Source of the DNA: Alphaproteobacteria bacterium
GTDB taxonomy: Bacteria > Pseudomonadota > Alphaproteobacteria > Bin95
Direction: 5' to 3'
DNA: 64,000 nt
Assembly: GCA_964291285.2 (NCBI GenBank)
Contig: OZ219788.1
Span: forward strand, 96,001-160,000
A program made the translations under genes and the position numbers. The notes under the pieces are model-generated. The model did not search any database. It was not told the DNA's origin and saw only the letters and a program-made list of their open reading frames with translations. This document shows positions 47,578 to 59,740 of the stretch, one piece after another (the stretch's first letter is position 1; each line of letters begins with the position of its first letter).

Positions 47578-48713
47578 CGCTCCAGCAGCTTGCGTGCGAT
47601 AATCAGGCGCATGATCTCATTGGTGCCTTCCAGAATCTGGTGGACCCTCGTGTCGCGCAGGAAGCGCTCCAGGGGATAGTCCTTCAGGTAGCCGTAGCCG
47701 CCGTGGAGCTGCAGCGCCGCATTGCAGATCTCGAAGCCGGCGTCTGTCGCGAACCGCTTCGCCATGGCGCAATAGCGGGTGGCGTCCGGGTCTCCGGCGT
47801 CGAGCGCCGCCGCCGCCCGCCAGGTCATCAGGCGCGCCGCGTCGAGATCGGTCGCCATGTCCGCCAGCCTGAACTGGAGCGCCTGGAAATCGGCGAGCGG
47901 GCGTCCGAAGGCCTTGCGCTCCCCCATATGGCCGGCCGCCGCCTCCATCGAGGCCCGCGCCGCGCCTATCGAGCAGGCGGCGATGTTGATCCGGCCCCCG
48001 TCCAGACCCGCCATGGCGATCCGGAAGCCGTCGCCCTCGTGCCCGACCCGGTTTGCGACGGGCACCCGGCAGTCGTCGAACAGCACCATGGCCGTCGGCT
48101 GCGAGTTCCAGCCGAGCTTCTTTTCCTGCGCGCCGTAGGAGAGGCCCGGCGAGTCCGCCTCGACGGCGAGGCAGGTGATGCCGTTCGGCCCCTCGCCGCC
48201 CGTGCGCACCATGCAGACGATGACATCGGTCTCGGACGCCCCGGAGATGAAGGCCTTGGAGCCGTTCAGGACGTAGTCGTCCCCGTCGCGCTCCGCGCGG
48301 GTGGCAAGCGCTGCCGCGTCCGATCCGGCGCCGGGCTCCGTCAGCGCATAGCTTGCCAGCTTCCGCATGAAGCAGAGGTCCGGCAGCAGGCGTTCGCGCA
48401 GCGTGTCGTGCCCGAAGCGGTCGATCATCCAGGCGGCCATGTTGTGGATCGAGATATAGGCCGCGGTGGAGGTGCAGCCGGCCGCAAGCTCCTCGAACAC
48501 CACAGCCGCGTCCGTGCGCGCGAGGCCAGAGCCGCCGACATCCTCTCTCACATAGAGGCCGCCGAAGCCGAGCGCGGCAGCCTCGCGCAGTTCGGCCTTG
48601 GGGAAAATGCACTCCGCATCCCAGCGCGCGGCATTGGGCGCGAACACGTCCTCCGCGAAGCGGCGGGCGGCGTCCTGAAATGCCTGCTGGTCTTCGGAAA
48701 GCGCAAAATCCAT
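47574..48713 (-). CDS. Isobutyryl-CoA dehydrogenase-like acyl-CoA dehydrogenase
   Basis: [75 protein letters not shown]. Confidence 0.9.
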   Translation of the reverse strand: MDFALSEDQQAFQDAARRFAEDVFAPNAARWDAECIFPKAELREAAALGFGGLYVREDVGGSGLARTDAAVVFEELAAGCTSTAAYISIHNMAAWMIDRFGHDTLRERLLPDLCFMRKLASYALTEPGAGSDAAALATRAERDGDDYVLNGSKAFISGASETDVIVCMVRTGGEGPNGITCLAVEADSPGLSYGAQEKKLGWNSQPTAMVLFDDCRVPVANRVGHEGDGFRIAMAGLDGGRINIAACSIGAARASMEAAAGHMGERKAFGRPLADFQALQFRLADMATDLDAARLMTWRAAAALDAGDPDATRYCAMAKRFATDAGFEICNAALQLHGGYGYLKDYPLERFLRDTRVHQILEGTNEIMRLIIARKLLER

Positions 48714-48723
48714 GGTCAGCCGA

Positions 48724-49548
48724 TCATAGCCGCGATCCAAGCACCATGGCACGGGGAATCCCGCCAAGGTCCGCACGGATGTCCCGCACCCGGAACCCTT
48801 GCGCTGCGGCAAGCGCGGCAACGGCGTCCGCCTGGCCGAAACCCAGCTCCAGCACCGCAGCCCCGGCAGGAGACAGCAGGCGGGGAAGGTCTCCCAGAAT
48901 GGCGCGGTAGGCGTCGAGGCCGTCCGCGCCGCCGTCGAGCGCGAGCAGGGGGTCGTGGTCCCGCACTTCCGGCATGAGCGCGGCGATTTCCGCGCTCGGG
49001 ATATAGGGCGGGTTCGAGACCACGAGGTCGAACCGGCCCCCGACCGCGCGCGCCCAGTCTCCCGCCGCGACAACGGCCGGCAGGCCCGCGAGGTTCCGGC
49101 GCGCCGCCCGGCAGGCGCCGGGCGAACGGTCGATGCCAAGCCCCCGCGCTTCCGGCCGCTCGGCCAGCAGCGCCGCCAGCAGGCAGCCGCTGCCGGTGCC
49201 GAGGTCCAGCACGGTGCAAAAGGAGGGCATGGCCGCCAGCGCCGCCTCGACCACCGTCTCGCTGTCCGGGCGGGGGTCAAAGACCTCCGGCGTCAACAGG
49301 AAGTCGCGGCTCCAGAACTCCCGCCGGCCGACGATGCGGGAGAGGGGTTCGCGCGCTGCCCGGCGGGCCGTCAGGGCCTCCAGGCAGGGATGCGGGCTGT
49401 CGTCCGGCCAGCCGGCGAGCGAGGCAACGCCGCCGGCTTCGATCTGGAGCAGCCGCAATTCGCGCCGGGGCTCGTCGATGCCGGCCGCCGCCAGCCGTTC
49501 CGCCAGCGCCGCCAGCCGGGCCCGGCCTTCCGCGGGCGCGGCGCTCAC
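48724..49548 (-). CDS. prmC: Release factor glutamine methyltransferase
   Basis: [40 protein letters not shown]; follows prfA. Confidence 0.95.
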   Translation of the reverse strand: MSAAPAEGRARLAALAERLAAAGIDEPRRELRLLQIEAGGVASLAGWPDDSPHPCLEALTARRAAREPLSRIVGRREFWSRDFLLTPEVFDPRPDSETVVEAALAAMPSFCTVLDLGTGSGCLLAALLAERPEARGLGIDRSPGACRAARRNLAGLPAVVAAGDWARAVGGRFDLVVSNPPYIPSAEIAALMPEVRDHDPLLALDGGADGLDAYRAILGDLPRLLSPAGAAVLELGFGQADAVAALAAAQGFRVRDIRADLGGIPRAMVLGSRL

Positions 49549-50603
49549 GACAGTTGCGCAATGCGGGCCGCTTCGTTCTCGGCCGCAAGCGCTTCTATCA
49601 GCTCGTCCAGCTCGCCCTGGATGACCCGGTCGAGCTTGTAGAGCGTGAGGTTGATGCGGTGGTCGGTCACGCGCCCCTGGGGGAAATTATAGGTGCGGAT
49701 GCGTTGCGAGCGGTCGCCCGTGCCGACCTGGCTGCGCCGCTCCGCCGCGCGCTCGGCCTCGGCCTGGGCGCGCTCATGCTCGTAGAGGCGGGCGCGCAGC
49801 ACCTTCATCGCCCGGGCGCGATTCTTGTGCTGGGACTTCTCGTCCTGCTGCTGCACGACGATTCCGGTCGGCAGATGGGTGATCCGCACGGCCGAATCGG
49901 TCGTGTTGACGTGCTGCCCGCCCGCGCCCTGCGCGCGGTAGGTATCGACCTTCAGGTCCTTCTCGTCGATCTGCACATCGACCTCCTCGGCCTCGGGCAG
50001 CACCGCCACCGTGGCGGCCGAGGTGTGAATGCGGCCCTGGCTCTCGGTCTCGGGCACCCGCTGGACGCGATGCGTTCCGGACTCGTATTTCAGGCGCGCG
50101 AACACATCCTTGCCGGCGACCGACATCACCGCTTCCCTGCAGCCGCCGAGCGGCGTCTGCGAGTGCGAGAGCATCTCGACCTTCCAGCGCCGCAACTCGG
50201 CGTAGCGGCGGTACATCGCCAGCAGGTCGCCGGCGAAGAGCGCCGCCTCGTCGCCGCCCGTGCCGGCGCGCACCTCGACGATGGCGCTGCGCGCATCGGC
50301 CTCGTCGCGGGGCAGCAACAGCAGCTGCAGCGTTCGTTCGGCCGCCGCCAGCCGGTCGCGCAGCTCAGGCAGTTCCGACGCCGCCAGCTCGCCGAGCTCG
50401 TCGTCTTCAAGCATCGCCTCGAGGTCGGCCGCCTCGCGCTCCAGCTCCCGGCGCTCGCCGATCGCGGCCGCTACGGTCGAGAGGTCGGAGTATTCCTTCG
50501 ACAGGGCCGCGAGCTCGCCGGACGGCACCTCACCCGTCGAGAGGCGCGCGCCGACCTCCGCGTGGCGGGCGAGAATGGCGTCGAGCTTGTCGTCAAGGCT
50601 CAT
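49545..50603 (-). CDS. prfA: Peptide chain release factor 1
   Basis: [25 protein letters not shown] (PxT), [28 protein letters not shown]. Confidence 0.97.
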   Translation of the reverse strand: MSLDDKLDAILARHAEVGARLSTGEVPSGELAALSKEYSDLSTVAAAIGERRELEREAADLEAMLEDDELGELAASELPELRDRLAAAERTLQLLLLPRDEADARSAIVEVRAGTGGDEAALFAGDLLAMYRRYAELRRWKVEMLSHSQTPLGGCREAVMSVAGKDVFARLKYESGTHRVQRVPETESQGRIHTSAATVAVLPEAEEVDVQIDEKDLKVDTYRAQGAGGQHVNTTDSAVRITHLPTGIVVQQQDEKSQHKNRARAMKVLRARLYEHERAQAEAERAAERRSQVGTGDRSQRIRTYNFPQGRVTDHRINLTLYKLDRVIQGELDELIEALAAENEAARIAQLS

Positions 50604-51838
50604 GGAGCCAGCGCGGCCGCCAGCCGGTTTATCGGGACTTCGCGCTGCTCCCCGCTCTCCATGTCGCGAACGGTGGCAACGCTCCTCGCGATTTCATCGT
50701 CGCCCAGCAGCACCGCCACCCGGGCGCCGGCGCGGTTCGCCTGCTGCATGCGGCGCTTGAGGTTTCCCGACATGCCGAGATCGACGGCGACGCCCGCCCG
50801 CCGCAGCGCGTCGGCGAGCGGCAGGGCGCGCTTCTCGGCCGCCGGCCCGACCGGCACGAGCGAAACCACCGGGGACGGGTCGGGATAGTCGGTCGTCAGC
50901 ATCGCGAGGCGCTCGATGCCGCCCGCCCAGCCGATGCCCGGCGTCGGCGGCCCGCCCATCGCGGCGACCAGGCCGTCATAACGCCCACCGGCTATGACCG
51001 CGCCCTGGGCGCCGAGCGCGTCGGTGGTGAACTCGAAGGCCGTGTGCCCGTAATAGTCCAGCCCCCGCACGAGGCGCGGATTGCGGACATAGGCGATGCC
51101 GAGCGCATCCAGCCCTTCGCAGACCTCGGCGAAGAAATCCGCGGACAGCCCGTTCAGGTAGTCGTCATAGCGGGGCGCATCCGCGGAAACGGCCCTGTCC
51201 CGCCCGTCCTTCGAATCGAGCAGGCGCAGCGGATTGCGCTGCAGGCGGCTCCGCCCCTCTTCCGAAAGCTCCATTTCGCGGCGGGAGAAATAGGCGACCA
51301 GCGCCTCGCGATAGGCCGTCCGGCTGTCGGGGTCGCCGAGCGTGTTCAACTCCAGGCGGGTCGCACCCCGGACCCCGAGCGCGTCGAGCACATGCGCCCC
51401 CGCCTGGATGACCTCTATGTCCGCCGCCGGTCCCGCGACTCCCAGCACTTCGATGCCGATCTGGTGGAACTGGCGCAGCCGCCCCTTCTGCGGGCGCTCA
51501 TGGCGGAACATCGGCCCGCTGTAGAAATATTTGAGCGGCAGCTGCTGCTGGAGATTGCCGGAGATGAACGCGCGCGCCACGCCTGCCGTGTTCTCCGGGC
51601 GAAGCGTCAGGCTGTCGCCGCCCTTGTCGGCGAAGGTGTACATCTCCTTGGTGACGACATCGGACGTCTCGCCGAGCGTGCGCGCGAATACCTCCGTGAA
51701 CTCGAAGACCGGCGTCGCCACGCTGCGATAGTTGAACAGAGCCGCCACGCGCCGCGCCGTCTCCTCGACATGGCGGTGGCGCTCCCAGACTTCCGGCAGC
51801 AGGTCCTGGGTGCCGCGAACGGCACGAAGCTTCGCCAT
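50600..51838 (-). CDS. hisS: Histidine--tRNA ligase
   Basis: [55 protein letters not shown]. Confidence 0.97.
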   Translation of the reverse strand: MAKLRAVRGTQDLLPEVWERHRHVEETARRVAALFNYRSVATPVFEFTEVFARTLGETSDVVTKEMYTFADKGGDSLTLRPENTAGVARAFISGNLQQQLPLKYFYSGPMFRHERPQKGRLRQFHQIGIEVLGVAGPAADIEVIQAGAHVLDALGVRGATRLELNTLGDPDSRTAYREALVAYFSRREMELSEEGRSRLQRNPLRLLDSKDGRDRAVSADAPRYDDYLNGLSADFFAEVCEGLDALGIAYVRNPRLVRGLDYYGHTAFEFTTDALGAQGAVIAGGRYDGLVAAMGGPPTPGIGWAGGIERLAMLTTDYPDPSPVVSLVPVGPAAEKRALPLADALRRAGVAVDLGMSGNLKRRMQQANRAGARVAVLLGDDEIARSVATVRDMESGEQREVPINRLAAALAP

Positions 51839-52953
51839 CAGGCCGCCTCTTGCGCCCGCTCGGCTTCGATTTCCCGGGCCTTTTCCTCGATGAGCCCGAC
51901 GAGATGGTCCACGACATCGGTGTTCTGAATGCGGTGATGCGGCAGGCCGGCCACATAGACCATGTGCGTGCCTTTGCCGCCGCCGGTGATGCCGATATCC
52001 GTCTCGCGCGCCTCGCCCGGACCGTTGACGACGCAGCCGATTACCGAAACTGTCATCGGCGTCGTGATATGGGCGAGTCGCTGCTCCAGCACGGCCACCG
52101 TCTCGATGACCTCGAACTGCTGCCGGGCGCAGGACGGACAGGACACGATATTGACGCCGCGGTGGCGCAGGCCGAGCGCCTTGAGAATCTCGAATCCCGC
52201 ACGCACCTCTTCGTCCGGGTCGGCCGACAGCGAGACGCGCACGGTGTCACCGATCCCGGCCCACAGCAGCGAGCCGAGGCCGATGGCCGACTTGACCGTC
52301 CCGGTGCGCAGGCCGCCCGCCTCGGTTATGCCGATATGCAGCGGATAGTCGCAGGCTTCCGCAAGCCCGTGATAGGCGGCCGCCGCCAGGAAGATGTCGG
52401 ACGCCTTCACGCTGATCTTGAACTCGAAGAAGTCGTTGTCTTCCAGAATGCGGGCGTGTTCCAGCGCGCTCTCGACCAGCGCCTCCGGGCAGGGTTCGCC
52501 GTATTTTTCAAGCAGGTGGCGCTCGAGGCTGCCGGCATTCACGCCGATCCGCATCGAGCATCCGTGGTCCTTCGCCGCCTGCACCACCTCGCGCACGCGC
52601 GCGGCCGAGCCGATATTGCCAGGATTGATGCGCAGGCAGGCCGCGCCGGCCTTCGCCGCTTCGATGGCCCGGCGGTAGTGGAAGTGGATGTCGGCGACGA
52701 TGGGAACGCCGGCTTCCGGCACGATCTCCGCGAGCGCCGCGGTGCTCTCCTCGTCGGGACAGGACACCCGGACGATGTCGGCGCCTGCCAGTGCGGCCCT
52801 GCGCACCTGCGCGATCGTCGCGGCGACATCGCCGGTCGGCGTGTTGGTCATGGTCTGGACACTGATCGGGGCGTCGCCGCCGACCTCGACCGGCCCGACC
52901 CGGATTTTCCGGGAGGTCCGGCGATAGATGTCACGATAGGGACGAACGCTCAT
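51838..52953 (-). CDS. ispG: (E)-4-hydroxy-3-methylbut-2-enyl-diphosphate synthase
   Basis: [63 protein letters not shown]. Confidence 0.97.
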   Translation of the reverse strand: MSVRPYRDIYRRTSRKIRVGPVEVGGDAPISVQTMTNTPTGDVAATIAQVRRAALAGADIVRVSCPDEESTAALAEIVPEAGVPIVADIHFHYRRAIEAAKAGAACLRINPGNIGSAARVREVVQAAKDHGCSMRIGVNAGSLERHLLEKYGEPCPEALVESALEHARILEDNDFFEFKISVKASDIFLAAAAYHGLAEACDYPLHIGITEAGGLRTGTVKSAIGLGSLLWAGIGDTVRVSLSADPDEEVRAGFEILKALGLRHRGVNIVSCPSCARQQFEVIETVAVLEQRLAHITTPMTVSVIGCVVNGPGEARETDIGITGGGKGTHMVYVAGLPHHRIQNTDVVDHLVGLIEEKAREIEAERAQEAA

Positions 52954-53011
52954 TCAGCACCTTCGGGATGCTTGTTTCCACCAGGCTGCTTCCGGCTCCG
53001 GAAAGGGCCCG

Positions 53012-54040
53012 TCAGCCTCCGGTCCGCCCTCGCAGCAGCAGTTCGGCATCGATCGGGACATGGCGCACGACCGCACCCGACTCACCCAGCTTCGGAATCT
53101 GGATACCGTCCACCGTGATTTCCAGCCCTCCGGCATTGCCGACGCTCAGCACCAGCCCACGCCCTTCCGGCGCCCGATACCGCTCGCCTGCGCCCAGAAG
53201 CCGCTCCACCAGCACCTCGTTCGTCTCGACGGAGCGAACCTCGATATAGGCGGGCTCGACGGCATGGAACACGATTCCTTCGGCAGCGGATGCGGCATTG
53301 TCCGCCCGCGCCCGAAGCGAGGGTTCTTCCGGCCTCGTCGCGGCAACAGCCGGCAGGCCCGGGCTTACCCCTGCCGCCACTTCATCATCTGCTTCGACCG
53401 GATCGGACGCTGCGCTCCAGGCTTCTCCCGCCGCCGAATGCCGCTCCGTCAGCCCTGCCGCATCGTCAACCGCAGGCGACACGGCGGCTGGCACATCCAG
53501 CACCCGCTCGGACGGGGCAAGCTCCATCACCAGCCGCTCCGGCATGACGGCGACCACCCGCTCGTCACGCAACTGTTCGACGCTGAAATAGTACCAGCCG
53601 GCATAAGCCGCGATCGCCAGCAGCACCGAGGCTCCTATCAGGGCACCGCCGGGCAGGGAGCGGTCGCGCGCAGGCAGCGGCGGCAGCGGCGTGTCCGGCC
53701 CGGGTCTCGAATCGAGCCCCGCTTCCGCGCGGACCAACACCTGGTCTGGATCCGCCTCGACATGGATGGCGTAGCTGCGAAGAAATGCCCGCGCATAAAC
53801 CGAATTAGGGAGTGCCCGCCAATCGTCTTCTTCAATAGCTTTAAGATAAGGCATTCGTATGCGCAATGCCTGGGAGACATGGTTCAGCGTTTCGTGCCGC
53901 ATCTCCCGGCAGCGCCGCAAATAGGCGCCAACGGTTTCCTCGCCACGAAACTCATATGTTTCCGACGGCGTGTTACGCCGTCCTCTCGCCCGGATACGAA
54001 TTGCGCGCAATCGCGCATGCGATCCACCTGAACTTTGCAT
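53012..54040 (-). CDS. rodZ: RodZ-like HTH + transmembrane + DUF4115 protein
   Basis: VGAYLRRCRE..LRIR..YL.AIE..LP..VYARAFLRSYA, one TM helix, C-terminal VGNAGGLEI.VDG..LG; upstream of ispG; start uncertain. Confidence 0.75.
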   Translation of the reverse strand: MQSSGGSHARLRAIRIRARGRRNTPSETYEFRGEETVGAYLRRCREMRHETLNHVSQALRIRMPYLKAIEEDDWRALPNSVYARAFLRSYAIHVEADPDQVLVRAEAGLDSRPGPDTPLPPLPARDRSLPGGALIGASVLLAIAAYAGWYYFSVEQLRDERVVAVMPERLVMELAPSERVLDVPAAVSPAVDDAAGLTERHSAAGEAWSAASDPVEADDEVAAGVSPGLPAVAATRPEEPSLRARADNAASAAEGIVFHAVEPAYIEVRSVETNEVLVERLLGAGERYRAPEGRGLVLSVGNAGGLEITVDGIQIPKLGESGAVVRHVPIDAELLLRGRTGG

Positions 54041-54115
54041 CGGCGCGCGAACTTTCTCTCCTTATCCGGAATAATGTCAGAGAGAGTCGCTGCAAATCAA
54101 GCGCGAAATCCACCC

Positions 54116-56374
54116 TTACAACGGAATGTCATGGTCGAGTGCATAGGCGCGCAATTTGTCGCGGACAGTACGGTCCGGAAGGCCCGCAAGAGACCGGACA
54201 TAATCGGCAAGCGGCGCAACCTCGGTTGCGCGCAGCATCGCCTTTACGGGTCCCACTGAAGCCGGCGCCACCGACAGCGTCCGGAAACCGAGGCCGATCA
54301 ACGTCATCGCCTCCAGCACGCCTCCGGCCATCTCTCCGCAGAACGCGATCGGCCGGTTGGCGCCCCTGGCGCTGTCCACGATATGGGCAAAGAACGCCAG
54401 CACCGCCGGCGAAAGCAGGTCGTAGCGCGCCGAAACCCTCGGATTTGCGCGGTCGGCTGCGAAAAAGAATTGCAGCAGGTCGTTGCTGCCGACCGAAATG
54501 AAGTCCGTCAACCGCAACAGCGCCGGCAATTGCCAGACCAGCGCCGGCACCTCGAGCATGGCGCCGGCGAAAACCGATGCCGGAGCGTCCCGGCCCTGTC
54601 TTCGCTCCCGGTCGATCTCCGCGTCCAGAGCCGCCCTTGCGCGCTCGAACTCGGAGACTTCGGCCACCATCGGAAACATCACATGCAGGTCGCGGCCGGC
54701 AGCCGCGCGCACCATGGCCCGAAGCTGCTGGCGGAGCATTTGCGGCCGGTCGAGCGTGAGCCGCAGCGCCCGCCAGCCCATGGCCGGGTTCTCCTCCTCC
54801 GCCTGCCGCCAGTAGGGCAAGACCTTGTCGCCGCCGATATCGAGCGTGCGGAACACCAGCGGCCTCCCCGCGGACAGGTCCAGCGCCCGGCTGTAAAGGC
54901 GTTGCTGGTCCTCCACGTCGGGGAAGCGCGACCGGACGATGAAGGGAATCTCCGTCCGGTAGAGGCCGACGCCGTCCGCGCCGACGGCGGCGACCTGCTG
55001 AATGTCGATCAGCAGGCCGGCATTGATATTGAGCGACACCTCCACGCCGTCGATCGAACGCGCCGCCTTGTCCCGAAGCACGGCGAACTGCGCGCGCCGC
55101 TCCTCCCGCATCTGCATGGCGTGGAGAAAACTCTGCTCGACCTGCGCGCCCGGCCGAATGAAGACTTGGCCGTTCTCGCCGTCTACGGCGACGCGGTCGC
55201 CGCTCTCCGCTATGGCGGAGATGTCCTTGAGGTCGCCCAGGACCGGAATGTCGAGGGCGCGCGCGACAATGACGACATGCGCCGTGTGCGACCCTTCCTC
55301 CAGCAGCAGGGCGCGCAGCCTTTCGCGCGGATAATCGAGCAGCTCGGCCGGCCCCATATTCCGGGCCACCAGAACCGCGTCGCCGGGAAGCTCATCCTTC
55401 TGCATCCTGCCCGCCTCGCCGGCCAGGTGCTCGAGCAGCCGGTGGCTGAGGTCATCGAGGTCATGCAGGCGCTCGCGGAAGAACGGGTCGCGCATCTGCC
55501 GCATGCGGGCCCGCATCTGCTCCTGGATTCGAACGACGGCGCCTTCGGCGCTCAGCCCGCCGCGCACGGCTTCCCGGATCCGCGAGAGCCAGCCCCGGTC
55601 TTCGGCGAACATCCGGTAGGCCTGCAACACCTCACGGTGCTCGCCTTCCCCGGCAAGGTCGGCCGCGTGGAAGCGGTCGTCCAGCGCCCGGTGCATTTCA
55701 TCCAGAGCCTGGTCCACCCGCGCGATCTCCACGGCGGCATCGGCGCCCGACACCATGCTCTGCACGGGCAGCCGGGCCTCGTGCATATAAGCCGAGCCGA
55801 GGGCGACCCCGGCGTTCAGCACCCGGCCTTCCAGACGCACGGGCCGCAGGTCCTCGCCGATGTCCTCGCCCGGCGGTTCATGCGCAGCCGCGACCTCCGC
55901 GACCAGCATAGCCACGGTCTGCAGGGCATCGACCTCGTCCGTGGCGTAGAGCCGGGGACGGACGTTCTGCACGGTGAGCACGCCGACGACCAGGCCGCCG
56001 CGCAGCAGCGGCACGCCGACAAAGGAATGGAATGCTTCCTCGCCGGTTTCGGGCCGGTAGGCGAAGTTTTCGTGCGCAGTCGCCTCGGACAGGTTCACCG
56101 GCCGGGCGCTCTCCGCGACCAGGCCGACAAGGCCCTCGCCGACCGCAAGCGTCGTGGTGTGGACCGCCTCCGGATTCAGGCCTCTGGTTGCCGTCAACCA
56201 CAGGCGGTTGTCGCCGTGCCGGACATAGATGGAGCAGACCTCCGCGGCCATCACATCGGCAATTTCCGCGGTTATCCCGTCGAGGCGGTCCTGCTTGTCC
56301 ACAACAGTCGCCGCCACCTCGCGGACACGCTGCAGCAGCAGGCGCGAGGCGTCCGGGCGGGCAGCCCGCGTCAC
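54116..56374 (-). CDS. ptsP: Phosphoenolpyruvate-protein phosphotransferase EI-Ntr (GAF domain)
   Basis: N-terminal GAF (AEVCSIY, ATRGLN, GEGLVG, YRPETGEE), HVVIVARAL phospho-His, GLYRTE, RTLDIGGDK, EENPAMGWR, SVGSNDL, CGEMA. Confidence 0.95.
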   Translation of the reverse strand: MTRAARPDASRLLLQRVREVAATVVDKQDRLDGITAEIADVMAAEVCSIYVRHGDNRLWLTATRGLNPEAVHTTTLAVGEGLVGLVAESARPVNLSEATAHENFAYRPETGEEAFHSFVGVPLLRGGLVVGVLTVQNVRPRLYATDEVDALQTVAMLVAEVAAAHEPPGEDIGEDLRPVRLEGRVLNAGVALGSAYMHEARLPVQSMVSGADAAVEIARVDQALDEMHRALDDRFHAADLAGEGEHREVLQAYRMFAEDRGWLSRIREAVRGGLSAEGAVVRIQEQMRARMRQMRDPFFRERLHDLDDLSHRLLEHLAGEAGRMQKDELPGDAVLVARNMGPAELLDYPRERLRALLLEEGSHTAHVVIVARALDIPVLGDLKDISAIAESGDRVAVDGENGQVFIRPGAQVEQSFLHAMQMREERRAQFAVLRDKAARSIDGVEVSLNINAGLLIDIQQVAAVGADGVGLYRTEIPFIVRSRFPDVEDQQRLYSRALDLSAGRPLVFRTLDIGGDKVLPYWRQAEEENPAMGWRALRLTLDRPQMLRQQLRAMVRAAAGRDLHVMFPMVAEVSEFERARAALDAEIDRERRQGRDAPASVFAGAMLEVPALVWQLPALLRLTDFISVGSNDLLQFFFAADRANPRVSARYDLLSPAVLAFFAHIVDSARGANRPIAFCGEMAGGVLEAMTLIGLGFRTLSVAPASVGPVKAMLRATEVAPLADYVRSLAGLPDRTVRDKLRAYALDHDIPL

Positions 56375-57387
56375 AGGCGCCTCCGTTCCGTCAGCATGGA
56401 AAGCGCCTGCCCGCACAACTCTTCGAGGATGTCCGACACCGGCTCGATCCGCTTCACCATTCCGACGCTCTGGCCCGCCATGACCGAGCCGTTCTCGACA
56501 TCCCCCTCGATGACGGCGCGCCGCAATGCGCCCGCCCAGAAATGCTCGATTTCCAGCTGGGCTTCCTTGAGGCCGAGTTCGCCGGCCCGGTGGCGGCCGA
56601 TCACCTCGTGCTGGAACGCGGCGAACCGGCGGGACGCATCGTTGGCGAGCGCGCGCACGGGAACCACCGGGAAGCGCGGGTCCACCTGCTGCGAGAGCAC
56701 CGCGTCCCGCGCCTCCCCGCGCAGGAACGCCTGCTTGAATCGCGGATGAGCGATGGACTCCTCCGCTGCCGCGAACCGCGTGCCGATCTGGCAGCCCGAC
56801 GCACCCATCTCCAGAAAGGCGAGCACCGCTTCCCCCCGCCCTATGCCGCCGGCCACGAAAACCGGGACATTGCGGATCTCGGGCAGAATCTCCTGCGCGA
56901 GCACCGCGGTGGCGACGGGCCCGGTATGGCCGCCGGCCTCCGCGCCTTCCACGATCAGCGCATCGGCGCCGTCCCGAACCAGCTTGCGGGCGAGCGGAAG
57001 CGCCGGGGCGAAGCAGACGAGCCTGGCGCCCCACCCTTTCACGCGGCGCATGGCGGCGCGGCCGGGCAGCCCGCCCGCGAGCACGACGTGGCTGACGCCC
57101 ATCTCTCCGCAGACATCGATCAGCGCGTCCAGTTGCGGATGCATGGTGATGAGGTTGACGCCGAAGGGCCTGTCCGTGAGCGCCCGCGTGCCGGCGATCT
57201 CCAGCGCCAGCCGGTCGGGCTCCATCGCGCCGCAGGCGATGACGCCGAACGCCCCTGCCTCCGATATGGCGGAAACCAGGTTCCGTTCCGAAACCCATGT
57301 CATCGCGCCGCCCATGATGGCGGCCTCGCAACCGAGGAATTCCCGGCCCCGCGCCCAGAGCCGGTCGAGCTGCGCCCTCGCGCCCAT
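56371..57387 (-). CDS. Nitronate monooxygenase / 2-nitropropane dioxygenase family flavoprotein
   Basis: AIMGGAMTWVS, PFGVN, EGAEAGGH, PVFVAGGI, GA.G.QIGTRF, GSVMAGQSVG; alternative start at 57411. Confidence 0.85.
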   Translation of the reverse strand: MGARAQLDRLWARGREFLGCEAAIMGGAMTWVSERNLVSAISEAGAFGVIACGAMEPDRLALEIAGTRALTDRPFGVNLITMHPQLDALIDVCGEMGVSHVVLAGGLPGRAAMRRVKGWGARLVCFAPALPLARKLVRDGADALIVEGAEAGGHTGPVATAVLAQEILPEIRNVPVFVAGGIGRGEAVLAFLEMGASGCQIGTRFAAAEESIAHPRFKQAFLRGEARDAVLSQQVDPRFPVVPVRALANDASRRFAAFQHEVIGRHRAGELGLKEAQLEIEHFWAGALRRAVIEGDVENGSVMAGQSVGMVKRIEPVSDILEELCGQALSMLTERRRL

Positions 57388-57388
57388 C

Positions 57389-58606
<1,218 letters not shown>

Positions 58607-58690
58607 GAAACACCCTTCGACCGCCTGCAACGGCTTGCCGCCGGCGGGCGGGCGCAACATATTCCGGCCTCCCGGTTGGAACAAGTTGCG

Positions 58691-59740
58691 ATGAAAGAGC
58701 CCGGCGAAACCGTGGATGCGGAAGAAACCCGGCGTTTCGCCGCCATCGCCGATGAGTGGTGGGACCCCGAAGGCAAGTTCAGGCCGCTCCACGCCATGAA
58801 CCCGGTCAGGATCGGCTGGGTGCGGGACCGGATCGCCGACCGCTTCGGCCGCGACCCGCTGGCACCGCGCCCGCTGGCAGGCCTCAGCCTGCTGGACGCC
58901 GGATGCGGCGGCGGGCTCGTGGCGGAACCGATGGCGCGGCTGGGCGCCGCCGTCACCGCCATCGATGCCGAACCGGAGACCGTTGAGGTTGCGCGCGCCC
59001 ACGGAACGGCCGCCGGCCTCGACATCGATTATCGCTGCGCCGCGGTCGAATCCCTGGCCGGCGAGCGCTTCGACGCCGTTCTCGCGCTGGAACTCGTGGA
59101 GCATGTCCCGGACCTCGGCGCGTTCGTCAGCGCAGCGGCGGGGCTCCTCAAGCCCGGCGGGCTCATGCTGTTCTCGACGCTCAACCGCACGGCGGAGAGC
59201 CTGCTCAAGGCGAAGATCGGCGCGGAATACCTGCTGCGCTGGCTGCCGCCGGGCACGCATGACTTCTCGCGTTTCGTGAAGCCTTCGGAGCTGGCCCGCG
59301 CAGCAAGGGGGGCGGGTTTGCGTCCGGCGGAGGTTTCGGGCATGAGCTATGCGCCGCTTTCCGGCGTCTGGACCCTCACCCGCGACCTTTCGGTGAACTA
59401 TCTGATGGCTGCAACCTCCCCCGAAGCCTCCGGCCTCGTCAGCGACTATGGCGGCCGCGAGGCCGGCCCGGTCGAACGCGACGAGACGCCGCCCGACGGG
59501 TTCGGCAAGCGCGTGGATGCGATGAAGGTCCTGCTCCAGGACCACGACCCGCGCCTCACCAGCGACAGCAGCCGGCGCGCGCAGGAGGACCTGCCCGGGC
59601 CGCTTTACGACGGCCTCGGCTACTATCAGCGCTGGCTGCTGGCCCTCAAGGCCAACATCGTCGAGCTCGGCATCCTCCGGGAGGAGGAGATCGCCGAGCG
59701 CCTTGCCCGATATCGAGAAAAGGACTCTCCCGACACATGA
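58691..59740 (+). CDS. ubiG: Ubiquinone biosynthesis O-methyltransferase UbiG with a fused C-terminal nitrile-hydratase-beta/ScnB-like domain
   Basis: WWDPEGKFRPLH.MNP.R, LDAGCGGG, E.VEHV, STLNRT, GAEY.LRWLP.GTH, D.SVNY; the frame continues ~105 aa beyond the usual end. Confidence 0.85.
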   Translation: MKEPGETVDAEETRRFAAIADEWWDPEGKFRPLHAMNPVRIGWVRDRIADRFGRDPLAPRPLAGLSLLDAGCGGGLVAEPMARLGAAVTAIDAEPETVEVARAHGTAAGLDIDYRCAAVESLAGERFDAVLALELVEHVPDLGAFVSAAAGLLKPGGLMLFSTLNRTAESLLKAKIGAEYLLRWLPPGTHDFSRFVKPSELARAARGAGLRPAEVSGMSYAPLSGVWTLTRDLSVNYLMAATSPEASGLVSDYGGREAGPVERDETPPDGFGKRVDAMKVLLQDHDPRLTSDSSRRAQEDLPGPLYDGLGYYQRWLLALKANIVELGILREEEIAERLARYREKDSPDT

